This document shows, piece by piece, positions 10,867 through 19,847 of a DNA stretch of 64,000 nucleotides. The notes below the pieces were generated by a model, which had not been told where the DNA came from, did not search any database, and worked only from the letters and a program-made list of their open reading frames with translations. Source of the DNA: Emiliania huxleyi CCMP1516 (lineage: Eukaryota); contig NW_005202113.1 in NCBI RefSeq assembly GCF_000372725.1, positions 124,001 to 188,000 on the forward strand, in the 5' to 3' direction. The first letter of the stretch is position 1. The number at the start of each line of letters is the position of its first letter. The position numbers and the translations under genes are program-made.

Positions 10867-11484
10867 TTACGCGCGGGTGGCGGCGTCGCCCTCCGAGCCG
10901 TACCCGCCCGACGACTCGGACCAGCCCGGGTAGATGACCTCGTTGAGGCCGTGGATGAGGCCGTTGTCGGCCTTGACGTTGGCGCAGTAGCTGGTGCGGG
11001 GCGGCGAGGACGGCTGGCCGCAGAAGGCGTTGTCCAGGAAGTCCTTGCGGAACATGCGCCGGTAGGTGATCGTCGAGCCCTCGACGGTGGTGAGGTCGGC
11101 CGAGCCGAGCGAGTCCTTGTTCACGACGCCCTTGATGACGTGGTACTCGCACACCGCCTTGGTGAGCGGGCCGGCGACCGCGGAGAACTGCTCGCACGCC
11201 ACGTTGCCTGGCGCGAGCACCGTGATGTCGGGCTGGGTCAGGTCGACGCCGTGCTGCTGGCACGCCGCCAGGAAGGTGGAGAAGGTGTCGTACTCCTTGA
11301 AGTCGGACTCCTCCTTGGGCGGGTCCTGCAGCGGCCCCTTCTCCTCCCAATACAAGTCCGGCCCCTGCATCGTGGCCAGCGTGTCGGCGACGTTGGCCAT
11401 CATGGGTGCAGACATCCGCGAGCCGTGGCCGGCACGCGAGCCGACAACAAGCGCGGAGGAGCCAGCGAATCCGAGGGAGAGCAT
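10867..11484 (-). CDS. Fasciclin (FAS1) domain protein with a plastid-targeting-like leader
   Basis: FAS1 motifs ITVLAPGN, YHVIKG, LTTVEG and ADNGLIHGLNEVI; Ser/Ala/Arg-rich N-terminus. Confidence 0.8.
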   Translation of the reverse strand: MLSLGFAGSSALVVGSRAGHGSRMSAPMMANVADTLATMQGPDLYWEEKGPLQDPPKEESDFKEYDTFSTFLAACQQHGVDLTQPDITVLAPGNVACEQFSAVAGPLTKAVCEYHVIKGVVNKDSLGSADLTTVEGSTITYRRMFRKDFLDNAFCGQPSSPPRTSYCANVKADNGLIHGLNEVIYPGWSESSGGYGSEGDAATRA

Positions 11485-11659
11485 TGGTGACAGAAACCTG
11501 TGGGCGAAGGGCAGTACGTGTGGTGAGATTTGATCCCAGCAGTCACCCAGGAGCGACGGAGGAGCAGCGAGCTGCAGCGAGCAGCATCGCACCTTAGATT
11601 TCGTTCGAAGCGCGGAGAGAATTCGGCTTTTGCAATTTTCTCTTCTTCTCTCATGTCTG

Positions 11660-11737
11660 CAAAATCCTGCAAAGGTGGGGACGTGTCTGTCCTCGACCCA
11701 GCCCTAGCTTGGGATGGCCGTTTTATTTATTTATTTA
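11660..11737 (+). mobile_element. 78-bp 5'-truncated retroposon copy (subfamily A) with (TTTA)n tail and 14-bp TSD
   Basis: TTCTCTCATGTCTG at 11646-11659 and 11738-11751. The body is near-identical to the reverse complement of about 33121-33204. Confidence 0.88.
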
Positions 11738-11791
11738 TTCTCTCATGTCTGGGCGGCGCCAGACTCAAAAGACGTATTTTTTCTCTCTCTG

Positions 11792-12109
11792 CGTGTGGGA
11801 GACTCCGGCCGCCGCCCCTGCCACCCCTGTGTCAGTGTGCCGGTGGCAGCGAGAGACTGCCAGTGAGAAGCTGGAGGCAGGTCGGTAGACTGAGATAGAC
11901 CGCCGCCAGTGGAGTTGGGAGTCCACCGTGCACCGACCGCGCTGCGAGCCTGTCGTGTCCCTTGTCGGCAGGCGCAGGAGAGCCCCACCTGTGCCACTGA
12001 TCGTCCTTCCAAAATCCTGCTCGTGCAGTACCGACCGATCATCCGGCTCGCTGGGTGCGCTTCTCATCATCTCATGGGGCTTCTCTGTTTTCTTTCTTTC
12101 TTTCTTTCT
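11792..12109 (+). mobile_element. Retroposon copy related to subfamily B, with (TTTC)n tail
   Basis: Shares GAGAGACTGC...GTGAGAAGC...CCAGTGGA...GGGAGTCCACCGTGC with 55460-55540 (minus strand) and CTGATCGTCCTTCCAAAATCCTG with 26406-26428. Boundaries approximate. Confidence 0.7.
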
Positions 12110-12279
12110 TCTCTCTGAGTTGGATTGTTTAAATTCTTCTCTCTGGCGTCGTCGTCGTCGCAGCACGACGCAGAGAGAGGGGAGCGACGCGACAGAGGAG
12201 GAAGCGACAGGAGAGAGACTTTGAGAGAACGACGAGAGTGGGACGACCGCGAGGTGGCATGAAGGCTGCAGCGAGAATC

Positions 12280-12821
12280 CTGAGGCGAGGGTGTAGAGGA
12301 TGTAGAGTGTAGTGTATAGAGCGCTGTAGAGCTGTAGAGATGTAGAGCGCTCTGGAGCGCTGTAGAGCTGTAGAGCTCTACATCCGGCGCGGGACGATGT
12401 GAGTCCGATGTAGAGCGATGTAGAGCGCGATTTTGCTGTAGAGTTTGTTGTAGAGGCTCTACAGCCAACCCGCCGGGAAGGCAGTGACTCAAAGAGGTCG
12501 AGTCGCACTAATGGGGTGTCTCCGAGCTTACTGGAGCTCTGATTATCACTGACACACAGAGAGTCCCTCTGACGGCACACAACACCCTATAACTGCGTCA
12601 TGACCAGCCTGCCATGCGTCGCGCCGGTGCCTTATGATGTAGAGTTTGTTGCAGAGATTTCATGCTGTAGAGGGCCTCTACATCGCTCTACAACGCACCC
12701 GCATCGTCACGCGGCGGATGTAGAGCTCTACAGCTCTATAGCTCTACAGCGCTCCAGAGCGCTCTACATCTCTACAGCTCTACAGCGCTCTACACTCTAC
12801 ATCCTCTACACCCTCCCTCAG
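12280..12821. mobile_element. Foldback/MITE-type non-autonomous DNA transposon with ~145-bp TIRs built of TGTAGAG sub-repeats and an 8-bp TSD
   Basis: The left end CTGAGGCGAGGGTGTAGAGGATGTAGAG mirrors the right end CTCTACATCCTCTACACCCTCCCTCAG. CGAGAATC lies at 12272-12279 and 12822-12829. Confidence 0.88.
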
Positions 12822-13334
12822 CGAGAATCGCGAGGGACTGGCGAAGTGAGATAGGAAGGGGCAGACGCGCTTAGGCTGAACAAGCTTTTCCTCTCGCACC
12901 CCGTCTCTTTTTTCCTTTTTCTCTCCCTTCTATTTTCCCGGGGAAACCATCAAATTTTCCGGGCTCTGAGCCGAGTCTGAGCACTGAGGCTGGTTTGGGC
13001 CCAAAATCAGCCAAATCGGCAAGTTACCGGGTATTTTGCGGGTATACCTGGAAAACCCCGGGTAAACCTGGAAAACACAAAGAAGCTTGTGCAGGCCTTC
13101 TTTTCCCCCTGTGACCGCCTGGGTATCGTGCCGATTTCCTCAATTTTGCCTCAGATTTTGCCCCAGACCAGCTCTCAGACTCAGGAAAACTCGCGAGTTT
13201 CCAGAATGGAGCACCAAACACCCTCTGTGTTTTCCCTGAAATTTCCGGAAACGCAAAGTGCTTTTTTCAAAGAATCGCAAAGAAAACATCCAAAAAGAAA
13301 CTTGTGCACGCCCACGGGCTTCGCGCCACTGTAC

Positions 13335-14375
13335 ATGCTCGCGGCCCTCGTTACCACCGGCCGCGCCGCCGCCGTGAGCACGGCGCTGCACCCGAGGCCG
13401 CTGCTGCTGGACGTGCCCGCGCCCGCAGGCTTCAGTTGGGGCGGCACCTTCACGTTCGACGAGGCTGGCACCGCCTTCCGCACAGCTACAGCCTCTGCCA
13501 TCGACGAGCTGGACATCGGGCCTCGCGTCGGGCTGGGGACGCAGAGCGAGGTGCGGCGGGGCCACCTCCCCGGCCACACGGAGCCTGTGGCCGTCAAAAT
13601 TGGGCTCAAGGTCGGCGCGATTGCCCGCGAGGCCGAGGTGCTCTCCGCGATGTCGGGCGTGCCGGGCTTCCCCAGGCTGCTGCACCACGAGGCCGAGGGA
13701 GAGGGCACGCCCGGCGGCGCCCTCCTCCTGACGCTGCTCGGCCCGTCGCTCGACGACCTGCGGAGGCGGGGCGAGAGCGGACCGCTCACAGGGGAGCTCC
13801 TCCGGCACGTCGGCGGCTGCCTGCTCGGCCTGTTGCGCCGACTGCACGCCGCGGGCTTTGTGCACAACGACGTGAAGCCGTCCAACGTGCTGCTCTCCGC
13901 GGGCGCGGCGGAGCTGCACCCGGCGAGCGAGTTGCACCTAATAGACTTTGGATCCTGCACACGCGAGCCGGCCAGTGCCGCCGCCGGTGGAGCCGCCGGG
14001 AGGGAGGCGCCGCCGCCGGCCGCCGGCCCCGCCGGCTCGCTGCTCTTTGCGAGCCTGGCGGCCGACGAGAGCCGCGCGACGCGCCCCTCCGACGACGTCG
14101 AGAGCTTGCTGTACACCCTCGCCTACCTGGCGGCGGGCAGGCTGCCGTGGCAGGGCGAGGACGCCGACGCCGTGGCGTCCGCAAAGCGGGAGCTGCTGGT
14201 CGAGGGGGTTGGCGCGGTCGCGGCGCTGACGGACGGCGTCGAGTGCCCAGCCGCCGCCGCGGCGCTGCGCGCCCTGCACGCGGAGGTCGTTCGCGCGTCT
14301 CGGGTCGGCGCCGTCGACTACGCGATTTGCCTGGCGGCTCTGGAGGCCGGGCAGGAGGCGAGCGGGCTGCGATAG
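13335..14375 (+). CDS. Casein kinase 1-like Ser/Thr protein kinase
   Basis: Gly-loop VGLGTQSEV, VAVK, LLGPSLDDL, HNDVKPSNVLL, LIDFGS, DDVESLLY and LPWQG are CK1-type motifs. Confidence 0.85.
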   Translation: MLAALVTTGRAAAVSTALHPRPLLLDVPAPAGFSWGGTFTFDEAGTAFRTATASAIDELDIGPRVGLGTQSEVRRGHLPGHTEPVAVKIGLKVGAIAREAEVLSAMSGVPGFPRLLHHEAEGEGTPGGALLLTLLGPSLDDLRRRGESGPLTGELLRHVGGCLLGLLRRLHAAGFVHNDVKPSNVLLSAGAAELHPASELHLIDFGSCTREPASAAAGGAAGREAPPPAAGPAGSLLFASLAADESRATRPSDDVESLLYTLAYLAAGRLPWQGEDADAVASAKRELLVEGVGAVAALTDGVECPAAAAALRALHAEVVRASRVGAVDYAICLAALEAGQEASGLR

Positions 14376-14582
14376 CAGTGCCGGCGCCCGGCGGTCGGGG
14401 CGGGTGTACTGTGGATGACGCAGTCCGTGTGTAGCCAGGACCCCGACACGGCACTTAGTACCCGCCGTGGCTATAAAAGCTCCTCTCCTCACGCCTGTAT
14501 AGCTACGCGGCTAGTCCGCCTTAGGATATGCGTGCCGACTCCCCGTCCCGACTCGCACTGTCTGTCCGCTGGGTCTCAGCAC

Positions 14583-15254
14583 TCAGGGCGCGCCACGCAC
14601 ACAGGAGATACTCTTGAGCCTCCTGGCGCCCACCTCGCTGACACCCGCTGGCCGCAGGATCTCGGCGCAGCGGCCAGAGCCGCCATCCACCAGGATGACG
14701 TCGACAAAGACCGGCTCGTCCGGCTCGACGAGGGCGACCCCTCGCTGCGTAGTCAGCCCGGCGGAGCCATATGCGAGCGAGGCGGGGACGATGAGCCGTC
14801 GCCAACCGTCCTCGCGCATCCCGACAATCCCCTCGTCGAAGCCGGCGCGGATCCGCTCATCCGGCGTGCCGAGTCGCCACTCGTGGGGCCGCGTGTCGAG
14901 AAAGGAGCTGTCCGCCGGCGTGCCGCTCCGAAAGTTCCTCGGCCACACCTTGAAGTGCGCGTAGACAAGATCGCCCGCGCGCGGCTCCGGCCCGCTCCCC
15001 CGATAGAGGTCAAGCACGACGACGCCGGACGGTAGCGTGGTGCTCGGCAGCGTGTCGCGAGAGAACTTGCTCAGCGCATCGAGCCGGTCCTGCTCGTCGG
15101 TGGAGAGCGGCATCTTTGCTGTTGCGGACGGCGGCGCAGCGAGCGGCAGGCCAACGCCGGCGCCGAGCAGCAGCTCGCGGCGCGAGAGGCAGGGGACGCG
15201 GAGGGCGGTGGCGGCGGAGCAGAACAGGAGGAGGAGGAAACGAGGCGGCAGCAT
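14583..15254 (-). CDS. FKBP-type peptidyl-prolyl isomerase, thylakoid-lumen type
   Basis: GSGPEPRAGDLVYAHF and IRAGFDEGIVGMREDGWRRLIVPASLAYG; signal peptide plus twin-arginine motif SRRELLL. Confidence 0.9.
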   Translation of the reverse strand: MLPPRFLLLLFCSAATALRVPCLSRRELLLGAGVGLPLAAPPSATAKMPLSTDEQDRLDALSKFSRDTLPSTTLPSGVVVLDLYRGSGPEPRAGDLVYAHFKVWPRNFRSGTPADSSFLDTRPHEWRLGTPDERIRAGFDEGIVGMREDGWRRLIVPASLAYGSAGLTTQRGVALVEPDEPVFVDVILVDGGSGRCAEILRPAGVSEVGARRLKSISCVRGAP

Positions 15255-15831
15255 ATACACATATATTGCCGACCGGGTAGCGCCGATGACAAAAGAAAAC
15301 AGTCTCGCCCGCTTGCGGCGCTTCGGTGCTCGCGGCGCGCTCACCATAGTGGTCGTTCAGGGCGGCTCGCACAGCACACACACGCACACACACTCACACA
15401 CACATGCACAGACACACAGCCTAGCACACAGCCCCTTCCCCTTCCCCCCCAAGACCTCAAGGGCGAGCACACGCGCAGGCCGCACCTCTAGCGAAGCCCA
15501 CACACAGTGGGAGACCTTACCACCGCCCCTGTCACCCATGGCGAGTGCCTCGCGTCGGCCGCCTCTGTCAGTGTGTGCCCGTGGGTGGAGAGACTCATAC
15601 TCATCCGAACAAAAACAAACAAAATCTCTCTCTCTCATCCGTCGGAGAGACTGCCAACGAAGTGAGAAGCTGGATAGAGACACAGTGGAAAAACTATGTA
15701 GGTCTCGAGGGCGCTGCTACTACACAAACTGGGTCGGTATGGCCGATAGCCTTTTTCTATAATGCATTTCATGGCTCCTTTCCGGCTGCCTTCCACAAGA
15801 ACAGGAACTGAAACAGAGCGGGCGCGCGAGA

Positions 15832-16675
15832 TCACGGCTGCCTGAAGAAGATTTGTCGCTTGTTGTGCAGCTCTGCCCTCTCCCGCTCGCGATCCCGCTC
15901 ATACTCGAACAGGCCCTTTGGCTCTGCCTGGAAAACGCCCGTCGAGACCATCAAGTCATGAAACTCGCATAGGTTCAGCTCACCGTCGCCGTCCACGTCG
16001 TGCTCCTCCACGAGGTTCTGCAGCTCCCTCTGATCGAGGCCGCATGCGCCCGCTGCCTCGAGCTCGGCAACGCAAATGGAGTTGGACCTGTCCGTGTCAT
16101 ACATGCCGAAGAGGGCAGAGATCTCAGCGCCTGCCACCTCTGGCACCTCTGGCGGTCCATTGCTCTTCCTTGGAGCGACGAGGGCGAGGCACCGTTGCAC
16201 GTCCTGCTCGCTGGCCTCGGGCAAGCACAACCGCAGCAGCTCGTCGAAAGAGACCGCACCGTCCTGGTCCGAGTCCATCACTTGAAAGGCCAACAGAGCG
16301 ATGCCCTCGGCCGACTGCTCTGCCGGCGACTTGTACGATTGGCCTCGCGGCCTCGTCTGGTCTCTGAACCGCTTCAGGGCGGACGCGAGCTCGCTCTGCG
16401 AGACTCGGCCGTCGCGGTCGCGGTCGAACTCGTCGAAGATACGCTTGAGGAGGAGCACCTCCTTCCTCGCCTGAGATGGCAAGGGAGCGTGAGCATTGGC
16501 ATCTGCGATTGCCCTGCGTTGGGAGTGGGCCATTGAACTCGACAAACAAACTCTCTCTTGAACTCGCCTTCAAAGGGTTGCGAGCCGACCTCGGCTTGGT
16601 TGCGTTTGGTGCCTGCCGCCTCACAGCCAAGGGCGATCTGACGTGCCTCGTCGACGGCCGCGCTTTGCTCGACAT
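15832..16675 (-). CDS. Four-EF-hand calcium-binding (calmodulin-like) protein; probable GC-AG intron 16567-16471
   Basis: EF loops DRDRDGRVSQSEL, DSDQDGAVSFDEL, DTDRSNSICVAEL and DVDGDGELNLCEF. A first exon of 108 nt keeps the frame. Confidence 0.82.
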
Positions 16676-17351
16676 GTCGGTGGCGCGAGGGAGAGTATGT
16701 CGGGGTGCTCGCGTTGTTATCGTTTCGGACAACTCGGGTCGGCTCGGGACGGCTGAGAACGGCGACGGCGTGACATCGGCAAGAGGGGTGTGTCTGCTCG
16801 CATTCTAGAACCCTGCCAGCCCCCCCCCCCCCCCCCGGGCAGTCCCGTGTCCAGTCACATTCAGAGTGGCAGTCAGTGTTTGGGTGTGTCTCCGAGTCCC
16901 TGCCTGTGCCTGACATGCGAACACTATTTCCGAAACCTTCTTTAAAAAAGAAATACGAGGCGCTATAAGGACTTGAGGACCGCACATCGCGTCCCGGCTC
17001 CCCGTTTGTCTCTAGAAAGCGCAGATTAACTTGTTTTCTTCGTTTAAGAGAGGGGAGGAGGGAGAGATAGAGGAGGAGAGGAAAGGAGAAGGGAGGGAGC
17101 GGGAGGAGCTAGAGGAGCAAAGGAGAGGGTGTTTAGAGAAACACGGAAACAAACGAGACGGGGTGGAGGAAAGTAAAGTTTAAGCAGTGTTTGTGCGTGT
17201 TTCCAAACAAAGATGTCTGAAAAAGAAATACACGAAAGGAGCACATCGTGTTCGCTCTTGAGGGTCTTAGTCTCGGCCACCATAGAGCTTCTCGTCAAAC
17301 TTTTCCGCCGGCGACGGCGACTCTGATCACAACCGAACATACCGGCAAACC

Positions 17352-19385
17352 ATGCTACACACCCTCGTGTTCGCCCTCTTGTGCCTGCCGTCCGCGGCAC
17401 TCCGCTCGGCGCAACCTCATTTGCGTCCGCAGCCGCGCTTCCAGCGCTCACGTTGTGCACAAGTTGTGCAAAGCGGTGGGGGTGAAAACAGCGGGGTCAG
17501 CGGTGGCGCGCTCGCCGATTTCGACTGCGCCAGCCCCTCCACTCTTCCGACCAGCGCGCGTCTCGACGCCACGGTCGGGGTGTCCTCCGAACGAAGCGTG
17601 TCGCTCTCGCTCCTCGGGGGAGAGCAGCTCGGCGCAAGCTCGGGCGACGATCCGTTCGGCGAGGCGGGCTCCGTCAAAGAGCTGATCGTCAGTCTGCCCG
17701 CGCCCGAGTCCCCGCTCCTCCGGGACGGCCACGCCGCCACCGCCCCCGTCACCGAGCTGATCGTCAGCCTGCCCGCGCCCGAGACCTACCTCCCTTCCCC
17801 CGCTCCCGCCGCCGAGAGCGAGGCGGAGGAGGCGGGGGAGGCAGCGGCCACCGTCCCAACGCTGCGGGGCATCCTCATGTTTGCCCTCCCCACCCTCGCC
17901 ATGATGCTCTCCTCGCCCCTCCTCTCCCTCATCGACACGTCGGTCGTGGGGCTCGCGTCGAGCACCAGTCAGCTCGCCGCCCTCGGGCCGGCGACCAAGG
18001 CGTGCGACCACCTCGAGTACCTCTGCTCGGCGCTGGGCGTCGCCACCACCGCACTCGGCGCGCGCACCGTCGCCGAGGGCCGCCCCGACGGCATGCGGCG
18101 CGTGGTGGGCACCTCCCTCACCTCGGCCGTCGCGCTGGGGCTCGCGCTCGCCGCGGCGCTGCGCCTCGTCGCCGCGCCGCTGATGCGGCTGATGATGGCG
18201 GGCGGGGCGGCCAACGGGGCCGCCTTTGGGGGCGCCGTTCAGTACACCCTCATCCGCGCCGTCGGCCTCCCCGCCGCCCTCGTTGCGATGGTGCTGCAGG
18301 CCGGCTTCATCGCGAACAAGGACGCAAACTCGTCGCTCCTCGCCGTCCCGTTCGCCGCCGTCGCAAACATCGTCCTCGACTGCGCGCTCGTGGGGCCGCT
18401 CAACCTGGGCGCGGCGGGCGCGGCGTGGGGCACCGTCGCCTCGCAGCTCGTCTCCGCCGCCCTCCTCCTCCGCCTCTGGATCCGGAAGCACGGCGCGCCC
18501 GCCCCGCGGCTCGCGCCGGCCTGGTCGCCGTCGCAGCAGGACGGGGTGCTCCCGGAACCAGAGGCGGAGGAGCCGGTGCTGCGGCGGCAGCTGCGTGCGC
18601 CCCTCCGCGCGCTCGGCGGCGTTCGGCGGCTGCTCGTCCTCCCCAAGCGCGCGGAGCTCGCCTCCCTCGCCGCGCTGGTCGCCCCGATGTCGCTCGCGCT
18701 CTCGGCCCGCTCGGCCATGTCGCTCTCCATCACGGCGAGCGTCGCCTGCCTCGGCACCGTGGCGCTCGCGGCGCACCAGGTCTTCGAGTGCCTCTACTGG
18801 CTCTTCTGCCCCTTTGGCGACGCGCTCGGCGTCTGCTCCCAAGCCTACCTGCCCGAGCTGCTCGGCACCAAGGAGAGGCTCGCACGCACCCTCCAGTCGC
18901 GCGTCGCGCTCGCGTCCGCCTCGCTCGGCGTCGGGATCGGCGCGCTCAGCTTGTGGGTGTCGCGCGCCGCGCCGCACCTCTTCACGCGCCACGCCGCCGT
19001 CCACGCCGCCATGAGCGCCCCCGCCGCGTGGCTCGGCGCGAGCATGGCAGCCTACATTGTCTCTGGCGCGCTCGAGGGGTCCCTCATCGCGCGGCGCTGC
19101 CTGCGGCCGCTCGCCGCCTCGCATGTGGGCAACACGGCCTTCGCGCTCGGCGCGCTCGTCTGCGCCGTCCGCCGGCCCGGCTTCTCGCTCGCCGCCGTCT
19201 GGAGGATCGTCACGGCGGTCAACGTGATGCGCTGCGTCGAGTTCTCAGCGCTGCTCGTCGTCGCGACGAGAAGAGCACGTGCCAAGGCGGCCTCGGCGCC
19301 GCCGCGCCCCCGGCCGCGTGTGCGAGCCCTCTTCAGGCTCCTCGATCCGCGCGCGGCGGCCGCCGGCCCCCTCCTCCAGCCCTGA
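17352..19385 (+). CDS. MATE-family transporter with a plastid-type leader (DTX46/EDS5-like)
   Basis: FALPTLAMMLSSPLLSLIDTSVVG...QLAALGPAT, GAAGAAWGTVASQ and LGTVALAAHQV; about 12 hydrophobic segments. Confidence 0.9.
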   Translation: MLHTLVFALLCLPSAALRSAQPHLRPQPRFQRSRCAQVVQSGGGENSGVSGGALADFDCASPSTLPTSARLDATVGVSSERSVSLSLLGGEQLGASSGDDPFGEAGSVKELIVSLPAPESPLLRDGHAATAPVTELIVSLPAPETYLPSPAPAAESEAEEAGEAAATVPTLRGILMFALPTLAMMLSSPLLSLIDTSVVGLASSTSQLAALGPATKACDHLEYLCSALGVATTALGARTVAEGRPDGMRRVVGTSLTSAVALGLALAAALRLVAAPLMRLMMAGGAANGAAFGGAVQYTLIRAVGLPAALVAMVLQAGFIANKDANSSLLAVPFAAVANIVLDCALVGPLNLGAAGAAWGTVASQLVSAALLLRLWIRKHGAPAPRLAPAWSPSQQDGVLPEPEAEEPVLRRQLRAPLRALGGVRRLLVLPKRAELASLAALVAPMSLALSARSAMSLSITASVACLGTVALAAHQVFECLYWLFCPFGDALGVCSQAYLPELLGTKERLARTLQSRVALASASLGVGIGALSLWVSRAAPHLFTRHAAVHAAMSAPAAWLGASMAAYIVSGALEGSLIARRCLRPLAASHVGNTAFALGALVCAVRRPGFSLAAVWRIVTAVNVMRCVEFSALLVVATRRARAKAASAPPRPRPRVRALFRLLDPRAAAAGPLLQP

Positions 19386-19847
19386 TCATGGCCCATGCAA
19401 CCCCAGACTCGAGATACACAAACGCGACCGGAGAAAATGTCAGTGACAGCGAGAGCTCAGCGGAACGCGATTACAGTTCGGGACTGCTCTTGTGAGAGTG
19501 GTCTCGTTGATACCGGGGGGGTCAGAGGATTGTCGGTGATTGTTTTTTGTGAAGTACGGATGGGGATGGTGATTGGTGTGTCGCGCAGACCGGAGACACA
19601 CAGACTTTTATGTGGTCAAGGCTCAAGCAGAACTTTTCTGCGTTCCGCCGCGGGGTTAACAGACATATCATATTATCATTAAATCCCCGAGAGACGGTTT
19701 GTCGAGACACACCCTCTCCACGAGCCTCCCGCGCTCCACCTCTAGGCTCCGGCTTTAGGCTGCCCGACCCGCGCCCCAATCCGCCTCTCGATCCTCTCCC
19801 AGTCCCTCTCTCAAGTGGTGCATGAAGTGTTGGCGCCCGCCCGCGTG

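Noticed and set aside
12930..13300. Possible MITE upstream of the kinase
   Set aside because: Palindromic CCCGGG and TTTTCC motifs are present, but I found no convincing TIR pair or TSD.
17679..17783. Duplicated ELIVSLPAPE segment in the MATE leader
   Set aside because: Small in-frame duplication in a disordered region; unremarkable.
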